DNA of 64,000 nt, from positions 21,920 to 85,919 of IMG/VR virus record IMGVR_UViG_3300046004_001116, one strand, 5' to 3'. The DNA is from a virus. The translations under genes were made by a program, and so were the position numbers. The notes under the pieces were generated by a model that was given only the letters and a program-made list of their open reading frames with translations, was not told where the DNA came from and ran no database searches. Numbering within the stretch: position 1 is the first letter of the stretch; the number at the start of each line of letters is the position of its first letter. Positions 46,970 through 57,021 of this stretch are shown one piece after another.

Positions 46970-47215
46970 ATGTATTCAGCCAATTACAAAATGCCAACTA
47001 AATTAATGGAAATCACTGCGCTTCTTGGTACTATCGAGATTTACAACAATACTTGTTATACTTGGTGCGGTCAAAAAGGTTTCTTTGTTAAAGAAGATGA
47101 TAATCTTTTTGCGTGGTGCCCTGGTCCTGAAGGTAAAGGAACACCCTCATATTATAACAGAGAACATATTCAACATATCTGTATCAGCTACGGAGTACCA
47201 TACATTTCTAAATAA
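46970..47215 (+). CDS. Hypothetical protein
   Basis: ORF after early-type promoter. Confidence 0.6.
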   Translation: MYSANYKMPTKLMEITALLGTIEIYNNTCYTWCGQKGFFVKEDDNLFAWCPGPEGKGTPSYYNREHIQHICISYGVPYISK

Positions 47216-47232
47216 TCTAAAACTTAATCATT

Positions 47233-47469
47233 ATGGAAAATTCTGCTAACATTGCAATTCTTTTACAGCTTCTGAAAAAACTTGAGCAACCTTATGTATA
47301 CTCAGGTAATACATTAATCATTTCTCCTACATCTTCCCCAATGCTTGAGATACTTCCTGGGGAATGGGTTGACACCGAAATTTCTACTGACCTTCATTTA
47401 GATCTTACTACATTCGATACATTCGATTATATTGCTAACACATTCAAATCTTTTGCTGAAACTATCTAA
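47233..47469 (+). CDS. Hypothetical protein
   Basis: ORF track. Confidence 0.55.
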   Translation: MENSANIAILLQLLKKLEQPYVYSGNTLIISPTSSPMLEILPGEWVDTEISTDLHLDLTTFDTFDYIANTFKSFAETI

Positions 47470-47481
47470 AACTTAATCATT

Positions 47482-47778
47482 ATGAAAAATCAAATCAACA
47501 ACCAATCAGATTTCTTAAATGTAACTCTTAATCAAGTATCCCAAATTTACGTTGGTAAAGATCATTGTTGCCGATGTGGATGTGGAGGAACTTATGTTTC
47601 AACTTCATTCATGAAAGACGCAAGGAGCGATGTAAACGATTCGTTAGCTCAACGCAGATTAAACAAAGCACACAAACTTGTTAGAGAAGGTGCCTTTGCA
47701 GAATATGAAGGATCTTACGCAAACATTGTTTCTGGAGATAACCGAGCAATCTGTATCTACTTTGACGAAATTGCATAA
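47482..47778 (+). CDS. Hypothetical protein with CCRCGCGG motif
   Basis: ORF track. Confidence 0.65.
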   Translation: MKNQINNQSDFLNVTLNQVSQIYVGKDHCCRCGCGGTYVSTSFMKDARSDVNDSLAQRRLNKAHKLVREGAFAEYEGSYANIVSGDNRAICIYFDEIA

Positions 47779-47867
47779 GTAAATTTTAACAAAACTTTAA
47801 CACTTAAAGTTTGCTTTGCTTCTTTAGATTGGTTAAATTTAACTATAATTAAAAAACAATATACAAT

Positions 47868-48260
47868 ATGACAAATCATTTTATTTACACCGGCCAATCT
47901 TTAACAATCGACGGAAAAAGTATTACTACAGGTGCTCACGTAAAAACCTTAGAAAAATCTGTATCTGGGATAACTGCTCTCGTTGAGACTATCTATACAC
48001 ACGGCGGATTAAGGTTCCAGTGTTTAGCTTCTGAATTAAAACCGTTTATCTTTTCTGAGAAAACTCCTATTGAGTTTGATTACTCAAAGATATCTAATGT
48101 AATGGTGGAAGGAATTGACATGGAAGACTACGGTGATTTTTGCGATGCCTCTATCACGTCTGCAGATTACGATGGTGAACCAATGACTGACGAACAAATT
48201 GAGGCACTAAATGAAGATAGTGAATTCGTTAACCAAAGCGTTTTTGCTCAAATCTATTAA
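47868..48260 (+). CDS. Hypothetical protein
   Basis: ORF after early-type promoter. Confidence 0.65.
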   Translation: MTNHFIYTGQSLTIDGKSITTGAHVKTLEKSVSGITALVETIYTHGGLRFQCLASELKPFIFSEKTPIEFDYSKISNVMVEGIDMEDYGDFCDASITSADYDGEPMTDEQIEALNEDSEFVNQSVFAQIY

Positions 48261-48262
48261 TC

Positions 48263-48505
48263 ATGAGTGGAACTAAAAAATTCGTTGTCCTTGAGCATTT
48301 AAGAATGCCGGACAGAGGTTTCCGTTTCTGGACCACAAACACAGAAAACAATACGCATGTAAATGACGGTGGATTAGCTTACAAAGAAATCCTATTTACT
48401 GATGATACTGATGAAGCTATTAAAGTTTCACAGCAATCAAATCATGAAGCAATCCCTACTATGAGAGAGATTGAAGAATACGTTCAACAAAAATACCAGA
48501 GTTAA
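48263..48505 (+). CDS. Hypothetical protein
   Basis: ORF track. Confidence 0.6.
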   Translation: MSGTKKFVVLEHLRMPDRGFRFWTTNTENNTHVNDGGLAYKEILFTDDTDEAIKVSQQSNHEAIPTMREIEEYVQQKYQS

Positions 48506-48972
48506 TGAGAGTCGCATATCTACATGGCCTTGAGGCGCCGCATAAAACAGTTAAAAATGAATATCTGTCTGAAACATTTGAGTTCGTCTATGATCCTCCA
48601 ATGAACTACAGAGATCTTGGTTTATTTGGTACGGTACTGCAAGGTGTAAAAGAACACAAAATAGATCTTATAATTGGTTCATCAATGGGTGGTTTCTTTG
48701 CTCATAGATTATCTACACTTACAGGTATTCCTGTTCTACTTTTTAATCCTGCTGTCGTTGACCGTAGTTTTGATCCTGTTTCCCACATGGGTGTTGAACG
48801 CGCAGAACATACAATTGTATTAGGTGCACATGATACTGTAATAAGTCCAGTTAAATCTTTGGATTACTTTAAATCTTGGGGCGCTAATCCTGATCTTATT
48901 CACGTAGAAGATATGGGTCATCGTAACCCACTAGAGATATTCCAAAAATATGTTAATAACTTTGTGAAATAA
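48505..48972 (+). CDS. YqiA/YcfP-type alpha/beta hydrolase
   Basis: YLHGL, GSSMGG, LFNPA, D, GH. Confidence 0.8.
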   Translation: MRVAYLHGLEAPHKTVKNEYLSETFEFVYDPPMNYRDLGLFGTVLQGVKEHKIDLIIGSSMGGFFAHRLSTLTGIPVLLFNPAVVDRSFDPVSHMGVERAEHTIVLGAHDTVISPVKSLDYFKSWGANPDLIHVEDMGHRNPLEIFQKYVNNFVK

Positions 48973-49031
48973 AATTTGCATGGTATGAAATTATTGGTTA
49001 ATTTTGCTCTATAATTAAAAACAACCTATAT

Positions 49032-49292
49032 ATGAAATCATACGTCTCAACTTATTACGCAACACAAAACCAAGCCTTAGAGGCTGTGTACGCTGAAATT
49101 GCTCGAGAAAATCGATATGAAATCGTTTTCCCAGAAAATATCTGGACTGAACACGTAGCCTACGGTCATCAAGTTTTTTACAATCTAGAGTTAAAAGTTA
49201 AGAGAACTGGAAACCCTGCTAAGAAATATCTACATATCATTCTTTACAGAATGGCATCAGGTTCTTATGAATTAACTTTTTACAAAGCATAA
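49032..49292 (+). CDS. Hypothetical protein
   Basis: ORF after promoter nearly identical to the one at 8196. Confidence 0.65.
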   Translation: MKSYVSTYYATQNQALEAVYAEIARENRYEIVFPENIWTEHVAYGHQVFYNLELKVKRTGNPAKKYLHIILYRMASGSYELTFYKA

Positions 49293-49334
49293 GAACTAAT
49301 GTTAAGAACAAGAATATAAACTAAAATCAACAAT

Positions 49335-50474
49335 ATGAATCCAAACCAAGAAGTAATTGAGCAAATCCAAAAAGGATCTGCTGAGTTTTTGGAAAGACTT
49401 GCGGACAGGTCTACCAGTGAACTAAAAATCCAAGATCTAGACATTGATGCAAATGGTATCTCTCATAACGGAATCCCGGTTAGAGATAATGCTTTGTCAA
49501 AAATCTTTGGTATGTTAAGAGTTAAGAAAAACTTTTCTGACTTTGCAACAAAAATGACAGAAGAAGATTGGAGATCTGTTTCTGACAAACTTAAAACAGC
49601 TGAGGGTAACGTAAAAATGTACGGCTCAATTGTTAAAGACGAAAAAGGAAATCAACAAATCGTTGATGTATTACCTCACAGAGATGGAAAGAAAAATGAT
49701 GATGATGCTTCGCACCGTCAATATTTTGATTGGATAACTGAATCTTTAGAAGAATCTGAAAAGGAATACTCATTAAAGGCTATGAACTTTGATGTTGCTA
49801 AAGATAAGGTTGAACTTATTCTTTTAAACCAATCTGAATCTGTGGATGTATTTGGAAATGACGCTGACCTATGGAAAATGGGTGATCGTTTTGCTTTCAC
49901 TGGATTACAATTTAACTATGCTCCGTTCTTTGAGAGACTAGTGTGTACTAATGGAAATACCGCTAACCAATTTGGATTTGGTGCTGACATTTCTAAAAAC
50001 ACTTTCAATAACAAGAAAATCCAATCAGTTATTGAAAAATCCATCAAGTTTCACTCTGAAACAATGCCTGCTACTTTAGAACAAGCTGTTCAACATTTAA
50101 AAGGTAATAACATCTCAATTAAAGAGTTCTATCAATTCCGTGAATTTTTCTCAAGCAGAAATGAAGAAGGAGTTTATGATAGATTACTTTTAGATTACTT
50201 TGATGATAAACCATTCTTCAAAGGGTACGGTATGGATATTGCATCTAAATCTCGTAAATGGAAAGGTACTGCTGACTCAGGAATTAATGCATATGATTAC
50301 TTTAATGCTTTAACGTATATCGCTAGTCACCCAGACGAAATCAAATTAATTGGTGATCATAGAGCAGCATTGCAGATTGAAGCATCTAATCTTTTATTCA
50401 AGAAAGAATTGGATCTTGAAGATATTGCAACTGGTGTAAAAATTGATTACCCACGTTTGATTATCATGAACTAA
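49335..50474 (+). CDS. DUF932-like protein
   Basis: ERLVCTNG and AYDYFNALTY.ASH. Confidence 0.55.
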   Translation: MNPNQEVIEQIQKGSAEFLERLADRSTSELKIQDLDIDANGISHNGIPVRDNALSKIFGMLRVKKNFSDFATKMTEEDWRSVSDKLKTAEGNVKMYGSIVKDEKGNQQIVDVLPHRDGKKNDDDASHRQYFDWITESLEESEKEYSLKAMNFDVAKDKVELILLNQSESVDVFGNDADLWKMGDRFAFTGLQFNYAPFFERLVCTNGNTANQFGFGADISKNTFNNKKIQSVIEKSIKFHSETMPATLEQAVQHLKGNNISIKEFYQFREFFSSRNEEGVYDRLLLDYFDDKPFFKGYGMDIASKSRKWKGTADSGINAYDYFNALTYIASHPDEIKLIGDHRAALQIEASNLLFKKELDLEDIATGVKIDYPRLIIMN

Positions 50475-50496
50475 TCATACACATATTATATCTACA

Positions 50497-50525
50497 AAGG
50501 ACTGTCTTCGGATAGTCCTTTTTTT
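50497..50525 (+). terminator. Intrinsic terminator
   Basis: aaaggactgtc-ttcg-gatagtccttt plus U-run. Confidence 0.85.
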
Positions 50526-50568
50526 ATACATTTCTATTATGAATATATAAAGAAAATACTAAACCTTA

Positions 50569-51723
50569 ATGCTGAATTACACAGAGTTTATAATTGAAAC
50601 CTATGACGTTAGACATACGGCAAAATCTAAAGAAGTATTTCTTTTAGCTTGTGCTGAAAAAGGTGGTGCTTCTTTAGAAGAAAGCGAGTCATTACAGTTC
50701 TTTATTAACGAAGGTCTTATAGATACTTTATTCGAAACCTGTTTAAGTATTAATGAAGAAAGTTTTGCTGATAAGTTTAAGGCACTTGCCGCTGCTGCAC
50801 AAGAAAAGATAAAAGAAAAGGGAAAAGACTATGCAGATAAACTTGGTGCAAAATCACAAGCTGCTTTAAAGTTTGGCGGTAAACTTATGGCGCCACTTAA
50901 ATCTGTTTTAGGTAAGGTTAAAGAAGTATTGTTAAAAGCATGGAACTTAGCAAAAGATACTGCTCGTGCTTCTGTTGAAAAGGCTAAAGAAAAGATTAAA
51001 GCAAAAATTCAGCCATATCTTAAAGATTCTGATAAACGCAAGAAAATTACAGAGGAAGGTAAAAACCTTGCTGCAATGGGTGGAGCGGTTGCTAAATGGG
51101 CAACTGGAGATTTCGTTGGAGAATTGGTAAAAGGTGGAGAAAAAGCAGCAACTACTGAAGAATCATATATACAAGCATTTGAATCCTCATTTTACTATGC
51201 GGTAGCTGAAACGCTTAAAGAAAATTATTCAATAGATGATATTCTTAGTGAATGCGAATTATTTGAAAGTGACCATGCGGAAGCAAAAGGTGGTTTACAA
51301 ATACCATTCATTTCATCTATCATGAGTAAACTTGCACACATGCCTCCATTTTCAGTGTTTCATAAAATAGAAGCTAAAGTTGCTTCTGCTGCTGAGACAG
51401 GATTGGAAAGAATGTCTATTCTTGCAACCAAAATTGCAAGTGCACCTGGGCCTTTTAAATTCCCAGTTGTTGCAGGGCTTGTTGGAATTGCTGCGGGATA
51501 TCTTGCAGAGTCTACTTTTAAGAAAGGTGTTATGGATTTACAAGGTCTAGCAGAAAAAGGACTTGGCTTTGCTATCCCAGGATTTGGTATGGCTATCAAG
51601 TTTATGAAATACGGTGGTCTTGCATTAGCAGTCTATGGAGTAATTAATGAACTTGTAGGCGGTGACGAAAAAAAGGAAGAACCTAAGGAAGAAACTCCTA
51701 ACGAAGAAAAACCTAAAGAATAA
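50569..51723 (+). CDS. Hypothetical protein with hydrophobic C-terminal helices
   Basis: Starts MLNYTEFIIE; Gly/Ala-rich hydrophobic C-terminus. Confidence 0.65.
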   Translation: MLNYTEFIIETYDVRHTAKSKEVFLLACAEKGGASLEESESLQFFINEGLIDTLFETCLSINEESFADKFKALAAAAQEKIKEKGKDYADKLGAKSQAALKFGGKLMAPLKSVLGKVKEVLLKAWNLAKDTARASVEKAKEKIKAKIQPYLKDSDKRKKITEEGKNLAAMGGAVAKWATGDFVGELVKGGEKAATTEESYIQAFESSFYYAVAETLKENYSIDDILSECELFESDHAEAKGGLQIPFISSIMSKLAHMPPFSVFHKIEAKVASAAETGLERMSILATKIASAPGPFKFPVVAGLVGIAAGYLAESTFKKGVMDLQGLAEKGLGFAIPGFGMAIKFMKYGGLALAVYGVINELVGGDEKKEEPKEETPNEEKPKE

Positions 51724-51911
51724 TGAAAAACATAATTAAAACATACGAAGAATTTATCGGAGACGAAACTACTGATAAAGAAAAAGATCAAGCCTTAGCT
51801 CAAGCTGCTAAAGACGGAGATAAAGTTTACGTTGATGGCGACGGTAGTGCAGAAGATAGCGGTGCCGGTGAAACAGACTATGATGACTCAGAGGACGCAA
51901 TGGGCGCATAA
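51723..51911 (+). CDS. Small acidic protein
   Basis: Starts MKNIIKTYEEFI. Confidence 0.6.
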   Translation: MKNIIKTYEEFIGDETTDKEKDQALAQAAKDGDKVYVDGDGSAEDSGAGETDYDDSEDAMGA

Positions 51912-51926
51912 AATAAATAACACAAA

Positions 51927-52256
51927 ATGGGAGTAATTAAAAGTTTTAGTGATTTCGTTAAAGAAACTGAAACATCAGAAGCAACGCCGTCAGGAATGGG
52001 TGTATCAACAAATCCAGCTATGTCTGAAAGTTTATGTAATAAACTAAAAGAATGTATGGAAATGGCAATGACTGAATGTAACGAATATCATAATGATGAT
52101 AACACTGAACATAAAGCTGATGGTTATCTAAAAGAAGCTGAAGCTTGGATGGATTTATTCATGGAAGGAATGAAATCTACGTGTGAAGGTTTAATGAATA
52201 CACCAGACGCACCAGACGGAGACATGCGTCAAGGTAACACTCAAGATATGAACTAA
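51927..52256 (+). CDS. Acidic hypothetical protein
   Basis: Starts MGVIKSFSDFVKE. Confidence 0.6.
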   Translation: MGVIKSFSDFVKETETSEATPSGMGVSTNPAMSESLCNKLKECMEMAMTECNEYHNDDNTEHKADGYLKEAEAWMDLFMEGMKSTCEGLMNTPDAPDGDMRQGNTQDMN

Positions 52257-52277
52257 CATAGGATTTAACGAAAAGTA

Positions 52278-52733
52278 ATGAAACATATTAGTACATTTGA
52301 AAATTTCTTATATGAAAGCAGTTTTAATAACGTAGCTTATCATACGTCAGGTACTAAGATTTCTTCTTTTAAACCTGCACCAGTTTGGGTAACCGCAAAC
52401 CCTGTGTTTGCTAAAGCATATCATAGTAATTCTATTGATGATGGACTTGAAGAAGCATATACATATGAAGTAAGAGTATCTGGTAACATGCTTTCACAAG
52501 ATGATGCTAAAAAGTTATCAGAAGTGCTAGGAATAGATTTTGAAGAATTGGTTGCTGATCTTACAGCGCAGCCTGATGTAAGAGAACGTAATAAGTTAAT
52601 TAAACCCTTTATTGGAAAGTGTGATGGTTTCTTTCATTGGGACTACGATCCTAGAGATTGGGGTGATGGGGAATCTTTATTAGTCTTTAACCCACAAAAA
52701 AATCTGCGTATAGTAAAGCAGATGAAATTTTAA
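52278..52733 (+). CDS. Possible ADP-ribosyltransferase-fold protein
   Basis: YHTS..VWVT..FAKAY..YEV..DGF..LVFNP pattern. Confidence 0.45.
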   Translation: MKHISTFENFLYESSFNNVAYHTSGTKISSFKPAPVWVTANPVFAKAYHSNSIDDGLEEAYTYEVRVSGNMLSQDDAKKLSEVLGIDFEELVADLTAQPDVRERNKLIKPFIGKCDGFFHWDYDPRDWGDGESLLVFNPQKNLRIVKQMKF

Positions 52734-52747
52734 AAAACAGTAAAACA

Positions 52748-53590
52748 ATGAGTCTTAAGAATTATAATAGTTGGATGGAACTTAACGAATCAACTTCTGC
52801 TAAATCATTTCAGTATTTAGAGGCATATGTTAATTCAGGAGGTAACACTAAAGTAGTAAATTATAGTGACATCTTAAATGATAAAGCTAATGCTTTGAAT
52901 GAAGGTGCGGTACTTAATGAAATAAATTTCTTTGAACATTTATTAGATGTTCTTGATAAAGATGCTCGAGAAGTTTCAAAATACACTGAAGATCTTGTTG
53001 CTATTTTACTTAAAGGAAGCAACTCAAATAATTACGGTGAAGCTGATACAATCTTTTCTGATGTTACAATGCCAAACGGTGAAAAAGTTTCAGTGAAATC
53101 ATCAAAGCAAGTTGGATTTATGAAAGTTCTTGGGAGTTCAAGAATCAAAGTTAATCAAATCTTTAGTATCATATACAGCGGAGGGTTATCTCCGGTAAGT
53201 GATAAAGAAAAAGATCAATACTTTATAGATCTTGCGGCAGGTATTCGCCCAAAGGTTGAACCGTCTGGAACTTATTCTATTGCTGCTTGTTATAAAAGTG
53301 GGAATGACTTTGTGGTTGAAAAGACTACCGCTGTGTCAGGTAAAGACTTATTAACTTCTTTCATTAATAATGTAGATAAATTGCACGGTGATAATAAAGG
53401 AAGACTTGGTGCTGGAGATGCACTACAAAATATCTTAGGGTTTAAACCTACTGAAACTTATACAATTAAAGGTATTAGTGGAAGCGATATTCAAAAACTT
53501 GCAGGTGAAAGAAAGATTATTCTTAAAGCAATTGAAAATTTACCCACCAAAGATTTACGTAATATTGCTACTGAGTACCGTATTAAATAA
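52748..53590 (+). CDS. Hypothetical protein, possible PD-(D/E)XK fold
   Basis: SDV..VSVKSS. Confidence 0.45.
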   Translation: MSLKNYNSWMELNESTSAKSFQYLEAYVNSGGNTKVVNYSDILNDKANALNEGAVLNEINFFEHLLDVLDKDAREVSKYTEDLVAILLKGSNSNNYGEADTIFSDVTMPNGEKVSVKSSKQVGFMKVLGSSRIKVNQIFSIIYSGGLSPVSDKEKDQYFIDLAAGIRPKVEPSGTYSIAACYKSGNDFVVEKTTAVSGKDLLTSFINNVDKLHGDNKGRLGAGDALQNILGFKPTETYTIKGISGSDIQKLAGERKIILKAIENLPTKDLRNIATEYRIK

Positions 53591-53680
53591 CAGAAAATTG
53601 TTAATAACTTTAGTCCCACAAATTTTTATTTGTGGGTTTTTTGTATTAATTTTAACTATCAATATAAAACTATACACAAT

Positions 53681-54001
53681 ATGAAATCAATGCAAGATTA
53701 CTTAGAGCAGGACGGAAACATTGGATTTAACATTGCTATTTACAATCGTTTCTCTACTATCGGGGATTCTTCATACGCTGGTATCTGCGGTGGATTTGTT
53801 GAAGGAGTTTATCAATGGGCAGATCATAACATAAATGATATCTCTGAGGTTGCTAATTCAAAATACACAGGTTGGATTATTCGTTTTAATTCTGAATCTG
53901 AAGGCCGAGTTTATATTCCTAACTGGGTTATGGATGTTAAACCAAGAGATTGGAAACATGCCAAAAATCTGTTTAACAAGTACTTACAAGTTAAACAATA
54001 A
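53681..54001 (+). CDS. Hypothetical protein
   Basis: ATG after the duplicated promoter cassette. Confidence 0.6.
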   Translation: MKSMQDYLEQDGNIGFNIAIYNRFSTIGDSSYAGICGGFVEGVYQWADHNINDISEVANSKYTGWIIRFNSESEGRVYIPNWVMDVKPRDWKHAKNLFNKYLQVKQ

Positions 54002-54053
54002 GCAATTTTAATGACATTAAAGACACTTTTATTATCCATTAAATTATATACCT

Positions 54054-55508
54054 ATGAGTATTAATACATATCATGAGATTACTGCAGAAGGCTCTAACAT
54101 TTACCTTAAGAAACCAAATAGCAATAAAAAAGTATTACTCGGTGTTTTAAACGTTGATGATGAAAGATACATCGAGAAACTAAATGCAATTAAGAACGTT
54201 CTTTGTGAAGACCGCTTTGCAGAAATTCTTGACATTATATTTGACCGTCTTCCACCGTCTGCAAGAACCACCGGTACCAAAATCATAGGACGCTTAATTA
54301 AAGCATTCTATAATGGCGGTACTGAAAATCTTGACATCTTAACGGATATGATTAAAAATCCAGCGTACATTACAGCAGAATCTTTATCTGACGAACCTGT
54401 AGATATCATATCAGTTTTAACCAATCATTACAACTTTTTTACACCAGAGTTCTTTGAGGAATTATTTAAAGAACAGCCTGGTGATATGGGTCCAAGCGAA
54501 TTAATGTTCTCATGTTTTACTACTTTCCAAAAAGGAACTAAAGGAGATCTTTGGGATCCAGCTACTGAAAGAGGAATTGAAGTAAAGGGTAAAATGGGTC
54601 GCTTGTGTGGTATTGGCAAAGTCTCCAATGGATTAGATGCTTTGGATAAACTTAATAAGATGTTTAACATTGATGTTGAGTTCCGTACTTTATCATCTTC
54701 GTATCTTAAAGCCTATGTATACCCACTACTTAAAGATGGTATATCATATGTTGATGCTGAGACGTTTATCATGACATTATCGCAACATCCTGAAACATTC
54801 CTTACATATAAGAATGAACTTATTACGCGAGTTCATAACGGTTTAAGAAACAAAGAAGAACTTTCAAATATTTTTCTTGCAGTTCAGATATTAAACTACT
54901 ATGATTATTCCGGGTTTGATGATTTACTAATCTTTGGTGATGGTAAAGATGAAAATCCAAAATGTAAACTCTTTAAGATTAACGGAGCTTCACTTGATGA
55001 AATCATGGAATATGGTAAAATCATATCTTACTCTGGTTGGGGTGTAGGTCAAGAGTTATCAATAGGTGTAAGTATTCGTAAATCTGATTGGTTACAAATC
55101 GAAATTAGTAAATATGGTAGGATGACAAAATCTGAACGTGAAGAATACATCAAAGAATTTCCAGAGATGCTTGACTATTCTGATGAATTGGAAAAATCTG
55201 TTGAGTTAGCAAAAGAAAAGAATCGTGAGGCATCACGCTTACTTATGGAAAAGATTAAAGCAGATCCTATTCGTCTTGAGGCACATCGTCAAAAACAACG
55301 AGAACAATCTGCGGCTCTTAAAGCTAAAATTTACGCGGATCCTGTTTTACTTGCGGAGTACCTTAAAAAACAACGAGAACAATCTGCCGCTTCTAAAGCA
55401 AGGCTAATGGCGGATCCTGTTAAGTGGGAAGCACATAAAGAAAAACAACGCGAGGCATCACGCAGAAGAAATTTACTTAAAAAGGCTAAACTATCTAAAG
55501 ATATATAG
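54054..55508 (+). CDS. PD-(D/E)XK nuclease-like protein with 25-aa C-terminal repeats
   Basis: GPSEL..KGDL..IEVKG..GRL; ADP..KQRE.S three times. Confidence 0.55.
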   Translation: MSINTYHEITAEGSNIYLKKPNSNKKVLLGVLNVDDERYIEKLNAIKNVLCEDRFAEILDIIFDRLPPSARTTGTKIIGRLIKAFYNGGTENLDILTDMIKNPAYITAESLSDEPVDIISVLTNHYNFFTPEFFEELFKEQPGDMGPSELMFSCFTTFQKGTKGDLWDPATERGIEVKGKMGRLCGIGKVSNGLDALDKLNKMFNIDVEFRTLSSSYLKAYVYPLLKDGISYVDAETFIMTLSQHPETFLTYKNELITRVHNGLRNKEELSNIFLAVQILNYYDYSGFDDLLIFGDGKDENPKCKLFKINGASLDEIMEYGKIISYSGWGVGQELSIGVSIRKSDWLQIEISKYGRMTKSEREEYIKEFPEMLDYSDELEKSVELAKEKNREASRLLMEKIKADPIRLEAHRQKQREQSAALKAKIYADPVLLAEYLKKQREQSAASKARLMADPVKWEAHKEKQREASRRRNLLKKAKLSKDI

Positions 55509-55530
55509 TCTATAAAATAAACTATAAAGT

Positions 55531-55989
55531 ATGAAACATTTTAAAACTTTTGAATCTTTTGTAAACGAAAAGAGCGAATATACAAATGAAATTGCAGATA
55601 TCACTCTAACCGAAGAAGAACTTAATGAAGGAACTGCTTGGTTTCCAGGTGAAACTATTGATGACCGTATTGGAGACGATTCTTCTGAATGGAACAAGTT
55701 TTGGAAAAACGCTAAGAAAGGGGATACATTCAAATCAGAAGCTGATGGAGTTGATCTTTATACTTGTAAACCAGGTGATGTTGGCAAAGCCAAAATAAAG
55801 CCAAGCATGATGAGTATTGGACACAACTATAGCAGAACAGGTGATGAGCCTGGCGAAGATTGTTTAATCATTGATAGAAAACCTTGCCAATGGATTGATT
55901 CTGATTATGATGAAGATGATAAAATTGACACAATCTTTTACACTATGAAAGGTGAGAACGGTAAAGTGTTCATGCTTGGAGAATTGTAA
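55531..55989 (+). CDS. Hypothetical protein, internal-protein-like N-terminus
   Basis: Starts MKHFKTFESFVNE. Confidence 0.7.
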   Translation: MKHFKTFESFVNEKSEYTNEIADITLTEEELNEGTAWFPGETIDDRIGDDSSEWNKFWKNAKKGDTFKSEADGVDLYTCKPGDVGKAKIKPSMMSIGHNYSRTGDEPGEDCLIIDRKPCQWIDSDYDEDDKIDTIFYTMKGENGKVFMLGEL

Positions 55990-55991
55990 TA

Positions 55992-56324
55992 ATGAAACAT
56001 ATACAAACATTTGAGTCATTTGTTAATGACGAAATATTTGAAGGACAAACTTTTAAAGATTTAAGTAAAGCAGAACTTGATGAATTTAAAAACTTGTTTT
56101 GGGAAAGAATTGCTAAGGCTAATATAATTAAAAGCTGTAATTTTAACACAGAAACAAAATCTTTTAATATATTGTTTTATAGCGGAGTAGGACATGGCAC
56201 TCTAATGGCAGTGTACAGCGAAATTAGAGATAACTTTGAAGCAATAAAAACTTTTGTTAAAAAGAAGTTTCCTGATGCTAAACAAATTAAAGAAACTGGT
56301 GAACATAAAACTTGGGAATTATAA
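55992..56324 (+). CDS. Hypothetical protein, internal-protein-like N-terminus
   Basis: Starts MKHIQTFESFVND. Confidence 0.7.
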   Translation: MKHIQTFESFVNDEIFEGQTFKDLSKAELDEFKNLFWERIAKANIIKSCNFNTETKSFNILFYSGVGHGTLMAVYSEIRDNFEAIKTFVKKKFPDAKQIKETGEHKTWEL

Positions 56325-56429
56325 TTTAACATAATCTTGGATAGAAAGTTGGACAGTTTGTCCAACTTTTTTTATGACGAAAAACTATCTTATACTTAGT
56401 GAATATAAATAAAACAAAAATATACTATT

Positions 56430-56666
56430 ATGTCAGAAGAAACTGAATACGTAAACCCAGAAGTAGTAAATGAATGGGACAGTGTCATTATACAAATAAG
56501 TAATGGCGAAGAAGGAACTGGAGCAATCCGAATGATGAAGCAAGATATTGATGCTCTTATGGAATTACATGGAGAAAGCAGAGGTAACATCTTAGATATG
56601 TGTTTACTTGCTATTGAAACTACTCCTAAAGAAAACTTTGGTCCAGAACTTCCAGAAAAAGAATAA
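56430..56666 (+). CDS. Hypothetical protein
   Basis: ORF track. Confidence 0.6.
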   Translation: MSEETEYVNPEVVNEWDSVIIQISNGEEGTGAIRMMKQDIDALMELHGESRGNILDMCLLAIETTPKENFGPELPEKE

Positions 56667-56669
56667 CAC

Positions 56670-56996
56670 ATGCCATTTCATCAAGATTTTGACGATTTAT
56701 ACGGAAAAGGGGAAATTAGCGTTAGACCTAATGGCTGGACTCCGCTCGTTGTCGAGTATGGCTACGGGAACATATCTAATCAAAAGAATTTCTACTGGCG
56801 TGTTAAAGGAACACAGCATACCTTTAGAATTTCTTATCAATCTTTAAATGAACTTTCACACGGAGACTATGGGAATCATATCGAATACGCTTTGGAAAAT
56901 TTTAGGCAAGAGTACCTCTCGTGGGCCGCAAGCGGATTCACAGAAGAATGGATGGTCGAGTACCACAGAGAGTACAGAAACTTCCTTGAAATCTAG
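56670..56996 (+). CDS. Hypothetical protein
   Basis: ORF track. Confidence 0.6.
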   Translation: MPFHQDFDDLYGKGEISVRPNGWTPLVVEYGYGNISNQKNFYWRVKGTQHTFRISYQSLNELSHGDYGNHIEYALENFRQEYLSWAASGFTEEWMVEYHREYRNFLEI

Positions 56997-57021
56997 TGAA
57001 ATATATACTAAAACAAATAAT

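Noticed and set aside
8128-53684. CRISPR array or insertion-sequence repeats
   Set aside because: Repeats are dispersed promoter/terminator cassettes, not regularly spaced; no transposase or cas gene was seen.
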